From a virus (taxonomy: Duplodnaviria > Caudoviricetes), in IMG/VR virus record IMGVR_UViG_3300031993_000016: a stretch of DNA of 64,000 bases. The stretch is one strand, 5' to 3'. The position numbers were made by a program, and so were the translations under genes. How positions within the stretch are numbered: position 1 is the first letter of the stretch; each line of letters starts with the position of its first letter. This document shows, piece after piece, positions 59,640 to 64,000 of the stretch. A model generated the notes under the pieces. The model was not told where the DNA came from and ran no database searches. It saw only the letters and a program-made list of their open reading frames with translations.

Positions 59640-60071
59640 TTAGTATTCGAAATTATCTAATGCAGGATTACCAGTTAACTGAAACACTCTGTAATGAGGT
59701 TCTGTAATAACATCATATCGTTTGTTATCTATTTCAAATTCTTCAGCTATCTTGCTAATTAAATCAGCATCTGCAGCTACAGATTCGCTACAAATGATTT
59801 CATACACCTGAGCTCTGATGCTGTAAACAACTCTTCCTCGTTCAATGCATCCGAACCCTTTATTTACAATTGACTGAGCAGATTCAGGTAATTGATTCAT
59901 AACAACATCTCTCCACTCTGTCATATGATTCTTCGTATTGCTATACTGGATGTACCCTCTATCATCTACGCCATCATCAAGTGGAACGCATTTTCCAATT
60001 ATTTTATCTTCATATATCCACCATATACCAATTAGTCCGTCAGTATAGCTTGACTTAATGTATCTTTTCAT
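59640..60071 (-). CDS. Leader-family protein (MKRYIKSS), paralogue of 60079-60456
   Basis: Start at 60071 with GAGG RBS; GIWW...H..EW...RGRV...HY. Confidence 0.8.
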   Translation of the reverse strand: MKRYIKSSYTDGLIGIWWIYEDKIIGKCVPLDDGVDDRGYIQYSNTKNHMTEWRDVVMNQLPESAQSIVNKGFGCIERGRVVYSIRAQVYEIICSESVAADADLISKIAEEFEIDNKRYDVITEPHYRVFQLTGNPALDNFEY

Positions 60072-60078
60072 ATTAACC

Positions 60079-60456
60079 TCATTTCTGCGGAACGTATCCG
60101 TCATCTAAATGACATTTGTAATGGTTGCTGTTATCATAATTAACGATGGGTTCAGTTCTTAGCCCAAACTGTCTTTTAATTTCAGGTATCATTGAATCAT
60201 CAATGTTTGGATTCATATAAATTACTGGCTGCCCATTTGATTTAAATTCTACTCTACCACGAGGATAGTAGTCAAACGGTTTATTCCTATGTTCTTTAGG
60301 GGCAATTTCTTTCCACAAGTTACGGTGATTATAAGTACTGCCCGATTTAGCAATACCTATAGTACTACCTTCATAATAAGGGAATGCAAATAACTCTCCA
60401 TCTATCACCCAAAATACTCCATTTGATTCTTCAGCAGCTTTGATATATTTCTTCAT
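60079..60456 (-). CDS. Leader-family protein (MKKYIKAA)
   Basis: GVFW...H..LW...PRGRV...HY. Confidence 0.8.
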   Translation of the reverse strand: MKKYIKAAEESNGVFWVIDGELFAFPYYEGSTIGIAKSGSTYNHRNLWKEIAPKEHRNKPFDYYPRGRVEFKSNGQPVIYMNPNIDDSMIPEIKRQFGLRTEPIVNYDNSNHYKCHLDDGYVPQK

Positions 60457-60465
60457 GTGAACCTC

Positions 60466-61263
60466 CTACAATGTAGCAAGCTTCAACGGTTTTACTAAAA
60501 CTCTAAGATGGTATCTCTGGATATTCCAACCTCCGGCATCAATTGTTTCTACCTCTGCACTACCATTCTCACCTACAACTATACCATTGAGTGCTTTTCC
60601 ACTCCAATGTATGTCAGAACAATCTATGATAGGGCCGGTGATGTTGTATACTCTATTATAAAGATCGAGTAACCAATCATCTGCAGATTTTTCATTCATC
60701 TGTCTGAATTCTTCATCTGTATGCTTGAGAGATTCTTCCTTTGAATATGAATAAAGATTTCTCCACGCTCTGCTGAATTCACGATATGCTTTCATATCAA
60801 ATCCACCATATCCGTCACGCTTGTTAACCTGATATTCTTCTTCCATTTCTATTTTTCTCTGCTTCATGCGCTCACGAGCGTTTATATCCCACTGTGTCCA
60901 AAGGTCTACGAGTTCATCCCTAGCTTCTTTAAAAGCTTCCGGAATTTCTGTCTGAAGCGTTTTCTCTACTTCGAGCTGTCTTTCAAGACGACCTCTCCAA
61001 TTATCTGCAGTCTTCTGAGCTTCTGCAAGTCGCTTTTCTGCATTCTTTGCATCACTCAACTTATCTTCGTACTCGCATATTGTCCAGTACGCATCTTCAT
61101 GATTACCATCTGTATAATCGCGCCTATTAAGTGTCCAACCATTCTTATTGATGATTTCAAGCTTTTTCTGAGCCTGAGCTTTATGACGTTCTATAGTCTT
61201 CTGAATCTTTGCTACATTTGCTTCAGCCTTCTCAAGGCGTTCTCTTAAATCTATACTATTCAT
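60466..61263 (-). CDS. Coiled-coil phage protein
   Basis: C-terminal LNG...G.A.VETI.AGGWNIQRYH.RVL motif. Confidence 0.8.
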   Translation of the reverse strand: MNSIDLRERLEKAEANVAKIQKTIERHKAQAQKKLEIINKNGWTLNRRDYTDGNHEDAYWTICEYEDKLSDAKNAEKRLAEAQKTADNWRGRLERQLEVEKTLQTEIPEAFKEARDELVDLWTQWDINARERMKQRKIEMEEEYQVNKRDGYGGFDMKAYREFSRAWRNLYSYSKEESLKHTDEEFRQMNEKSADDWLLDLYNRVYNITGPIIDCSDIHWSGKALNGIVVGENGSAEVETIDAGGWNIQRYHLRVLVKPLKLATL

Positions 61264-61276
61264 ATACTAATCCTCC

Positions 61277-62590
61277 TTATGAATTAACTGCATCGAAAAA
61301 TGTATCAAGAGCTTCATCTACGTCCTTGGTGCCGGTTTCATGCCCTTCACTATTCTTAGGCTTTTCTGCATACTTAACTCTGCATCTTGTAAGCCATGTC
61401 TGCTTAACTCCGTTGTACTCATCTAACTTCTTAATAGTTCCGGTTATAGAAACAACTTCTTCTCTATCATTATCTCTGATTCCTGATGAGCTATCCCACA
61501 TGATTACGTTACCATTGGTATCTACTATCTTATAACGAATTGTAATACCATAGTCAGTCTCCCAACTTGTTATGATTGAAATCTCACAATCACCAGTAAG
61601 TGTAACTCGTTGACCTACTTCTCCGATGTAGTTAGAAATTTTAGCTTCTGCTTCATGAGCTTCAGCTCTTCTATCTGCTTCAGTCTTCTTCTCAATGTAC
61701 TTATTATATGTAGGAATAATAGATACAGCGTAGCCGAAATTCTTAGCCTGGATGTATTCAGAGTCTACAATGACTTTAAGATTATGCATGTAATCTGAAT
61801 TGTCTTCTGAATCCTTAACCCACTTCATTGCGTCTTCTACATAACTGATGAGTTCTGGATCGTTGTAATCCGGGTTGAATCGAGTTCTATAAGTTTCTAT
61901 TGCTTCTTTATAAGCAGGCATAAGTGAATGTGGGTTGATGTCGTACTTAAGAGATGTGTGTGTCTGTACTCGTGTATTCATCTCATTCCTTGGGCCGTCC
62001 CAAGATGATGAACGATAGCCGATATGATCTACTATATCTGCTGCATGCTTAAGTACGTCTACTGTCCTGAAATATGGTGCTGAATATCCACCTTCATAAG
62101 GAGCTTCGCCTTTGATAAGCTCATCGAATAATGCGATATATGCTGCAGCTGCTTCTGCATCAAATCCATGTGTGAAATCGCATAAGCAAGAAGATCCAAC
62201 CTGTTTGTATTCATTAGTGTCTTGATTATAGATAAGGTATGTGTCCTTGCGATGGCGGATTGAATGACAATGATCGCAAGTTGGTTCGCAGTTGAAATAC
62301 TGCTCAGGAACAGGAACTTCGTCTATGAGCTTCCTGACGATATTGCCGTTATCATGATGCTCAAGAGTTGCGATGAATCTCCATCCGTTGATCTTTGCTG
62401 TGCCTTCGCATTCAACTACGATGAATCTACAAGTCTGCTTAGAACCATCTTCATTCTTCACTTCTTTGAACTCTTCACTTACTTCACGATAAACAAAATC
62501 GCACCCGTACTTATTACACTTAGTACGAATGCGAGTAAGCTTCTTCTGAAGTCTTTCCATGTTATCTTCAAGAATTAAATATGTATTCAT
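61277..62590 (-). CDS. Early phage protein with Zn site and C-terminal OB-fold
   Basis: CDHC...R.R..TY...VGSSCL; YIGEVGQR...GTIKK..EYNGVKQT.LTRC; start at 62590. Confidence 0.78.
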   Translation of the reverse strand: MNTYLILEDNMERLQKKLTRIRTKCNKYGCDFVYREVSEEFKEVKNEDGSKQTCRFIVVECEGTAKINGWRFIATLEHHDNGNIVRKLIDEVPVPEQYFNCEPTCDHCHSIRHRKDTYLIYNQDTNEYKQVGSSCLCDFTHGFDAEAAAAYIALFDELIKGEAPYEGGYSAPYFRTVDVLKHAADIVDHIGYRSSSWDGPRNEMNTRVQTHTSLKYDINPHSLMPAYKEAIETYRTRFNPDYNDPELISYVEDAMKWVKDSEDNSDYMHNLKVIVDSEYIQAKNFGYAVSIIPTYNKYIEKKTEADRRAEAHEAEAKISNYIGEVGQRVTLTGDCEISIITSWETDYGITIRYKIVDTNGNVIMWDSSSGIRDNDREEVVSITGTIKKLDEYNGVKQTWLTRCRVKYAEKPKNSEGHETGTKDVDEALDTFFDAVNS

Positions 62591-62668
62591 ATGAGTACCT
62601 CCTTGCTCTTGCAATCTTGATATATGTACTATAACGAATTCACCATATTATAGGTGTTATTGTATACA

Positions 62669-62697
62669 ATTATAGACGGATTGCACCAAAAAGTCAA
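62669..62697 (-). promoter_or_regulatory. Sigma-A/70 consensus early promoter
   Basis: TTGACT-N17-TATAAT with an AT-rich upstream element. Confidence 0.85.
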
Positions 62698-62790
62698 GTA
62701 AAATACAAAAATTCTTTTTAGAAATTTTAATATTTCCATAAAATTTTCTACTCACCCATCTATGAATACAATTATGTTAATTCGTCAAGT

Positions 62791-63063
62791 TCACGCATAA
62801 GGTGCAGCCATGTCTGTTGAAGCCTTCTCCCAAAGTCGGGTGAATATATCATACTCATCATCTTCAAATATGTCGTCTTCTACAGCATCTGCAAATGCCC
62901 AATCAAAATACTCTTTTGAATCTCTTGTAAATGTTGACCAAGCTTCTTCAGGTGCATCAATGTCAGGTGGGGCAGGTGATTCAGCTACACACTTATATAC
63001 ATACTGCTTTTGCTCATCTGTAACATTTGCAAGAGAATTAGTTGATTTGATATATCGTTTCAT
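62791..63063 (-). CDS. Leader-family protein (MKRYIKST)
   Basis: GGAGGT RBS. Confidence 0.8.
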   Translation of the reverse strand: MKRYIKSTNSLANVTDEQKQYVYKCVAESPAPPDIDAPEEAWSTFTRDSKEYFDWAFADAVEDDIFEDDEYDIFTRLWEKASTDMAAPYA

Positions 63064-63081
63064 GGTATACTTTTTACCTCC

Positions 63082-63615
63082 TTATGCATTGAATTGTATG
63101 TTGAAATCGAATTCATCTAAAAATTCTTCTAATTTATCTACAACCTGACCTTCGATGTCTCTTTCAAATACATCATCAGGATCATAATAGAATCTGAATG
63201 CATCAATTTCCTGGGTCTGCCCTGGTCTAGCAGTATTGCCTTTGAAACTTCCTTTAAATATAGGAATCTCAAAGCAATCTTTGCCCCATTTAATGTCATC
63301 AACTTCATAATAAGTTGTGTCTGTGCAGAATGATTTAAGGTGCTCCCTTATTTCACGCTCTGCTATATTTAACCAAGGCATAATATCTATGTTATCTGCA
63401 GCATCAGAGCTGCTCTCTATCGTCCTATTCTGATACTTATATCTAAGATCATCCATCTGCTTTTTATATTCAGCTTTCTTCTTTTTAAGTTCAGCTTGTT
63501 GCGCTTTTGGCATGTGTTTAGAAATCCTGACAGCCTTATAATTCATATAAGCTTCATCTAGATCTTTAGGTGAATCAACAACAAAATCTTCAGCTGTTTT
63601 AATATATCGCTTCAT
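63082..63615 (-). CDS. Leader-family two-module protein (MKRYIKTA ... TIESSS)
   Basis: GGAGGT RBS; basic helical module then acidic module. Confidence 0.8.
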   Translation of the reverse strand: MKRYIKTAEDFVVDSPKDLDEAYMNYKAVRISKHMPKAQQAELKKKKAEYKKQMDDLRYKYQNRTIESSSDAADNIDIMPWLNIAEREIREHLKSFCTDTTYYEVDDIKWGKDCFEIPIFKGSFKGNTARPGQTQEIDAFRFYYDPDDVFERDIEGQVVDKLEEFLDEFDFNIQFNA

Positions 63616-63624
63616 TATTACCTC

Positions 63625-63783
63625 CTATCCAAAGTAATCAGGTAATGCCTCTGGATTACTTTCAAAGTAATCAAGCATCGCTTCAATTACTTCTGCATCT
63701 GTTGCCAACCCACTTGGATCTAAAACATTAGAAAGATTATCAAGTCGATCTACATCTGTGTCATATATTTGTATTGATGTCAT
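63625..63783 (-). CDS. Small protein, possible ribbon-helix-helix
   Basis: Start MTSIQIY at 63783 with GGAGGT RBS. Confidence 0.6.
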   Translation of the reverse strand: MTSIQIYDTDVDRLDNLSNVLDPSGLATDAEVIEAMLDYFESNPEALPDYFG

Positions 63784-63809
63784 GAGATACCTCCTATTCA
63801 CTTGCATTT

Positions 63810-63998
63810 TTAATATATCTTTTCATATGCTGCTAGCACCTCATCTCTTGTCTTAAATGAATCTGCAATCTTATTTTGCTTCTTCATTATGTCAACAGTA
63901 GCTAAGATTGTGTCATCATCCTCTAAGATGTTATCTAGTGTTGCATTGAAGAAAAATGCTTTGTAGCCATCGGAATCTTCTCTTAATATGTTAAATCT
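63810..63998 (-). CDS. 3' end of a gene entering from outside the window
   Basis: Open frame ...RDEVLAAYEKIY*. Confidence 0.6.
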   Translation of the reverse strand, partial: RFNILREDSDGYKAFFFNATLDNILEDDDTILATVDIMKKQNKIADSFKTRDEVLAAYEKIY

Positions 63999-64000
63999 GG

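Larger units (their letters stand above)
4175..62637 (-). promoter_or_regulatory. Dispersed class I motif TCGTTATA (putative phage promoter)
   Basis: Copies at 4175, 7691, 20443, 22640, 56033, 56331, 57434, 62630 (minus) and 22675 (plus), each shortly upstream of an RBS. Confidence 0.7.

Noticed and set aside
97-63148. Numerous short plus-strand ORFs in the ORF track
   Set aside because: They are antisense shadows of well-supported minus-strand genes, without RBS or recognisable motifs; only 22707-24644 is credible
63770-63826. Read-through fusion of MKRYIKNASE to the next gene
   Set aside because: The downstream gene is in a different frame with its own RBS, and read-through meets another stop within about 10 codons
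1-64000. Stop-codon reassignment (code 15 or 4), as seen in some large gut phages
   Set aside because: Long genes are intact in code 11, and TAG/TGA end genes immediately before the next RBS or start
1-64000. CRISPR array, tRNA or rRNA genes
   Set aside because: No regularly spaced repeats or cloverleaf/T-loop signatures seen; intergenic gaps are short and otherwise explained. tRNAscan was not run

Overview
This is a 64-kb AT-rich segment of a large, T4-like contractile-tailed phage genome, probably infecting a low-GC Firmicute. The host call rests on GGAGG Shine-Dalgarno sites, a sigma-A promoter and CHAP/LysM/amidase lysins. The standard genetic code is used and all but one real gene lie on the minus strand. 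Read right to left it holds: (1) an accessory array of small proteins (55.2-64 kb); (2) tail chaperones, tape measure, baseplate, three muralytic genes (one with a Gln-ending mini-intein) and tail fibres (28-55 kb); (3) prohead protease-scaffold and gp23-like major capsid genes (24.7-28 kb); (4) a divergent pair of Zn-finger/nuclease/DNA-modifier fusions (20.4-24.6 kb); (5) neck, decoration, fibre and lysis genes (7.8-19.5 kb); (6) a SNF2 helicase and two transposase-less RNA-guided nuclease elements, TnpB and IscB, each adjoining a broken gene. The most interesting signal is that nine mostly unrelated proteins, plus a 10-aa leader-only ORF, begin with M-K-[RKG]-Y-I-[KQS]-[SATN]. The leader's [IV]-x-[AS]-[AS] core also recurs in the capsid propeptide, the scaffold and the linkers of an apparent polyprotein. 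I infer a capsid-targeting and protease-release system for injected cargo, analogous to the T4 internal-protein CTS. Other highlights are a prfB-like SD-GAC-UGA-C recoding site that could append an Ig-like domain to a virion protein, and two classes of phage-specific promoter motif. All family assignments come from motif recognition by eye; no searches were run.
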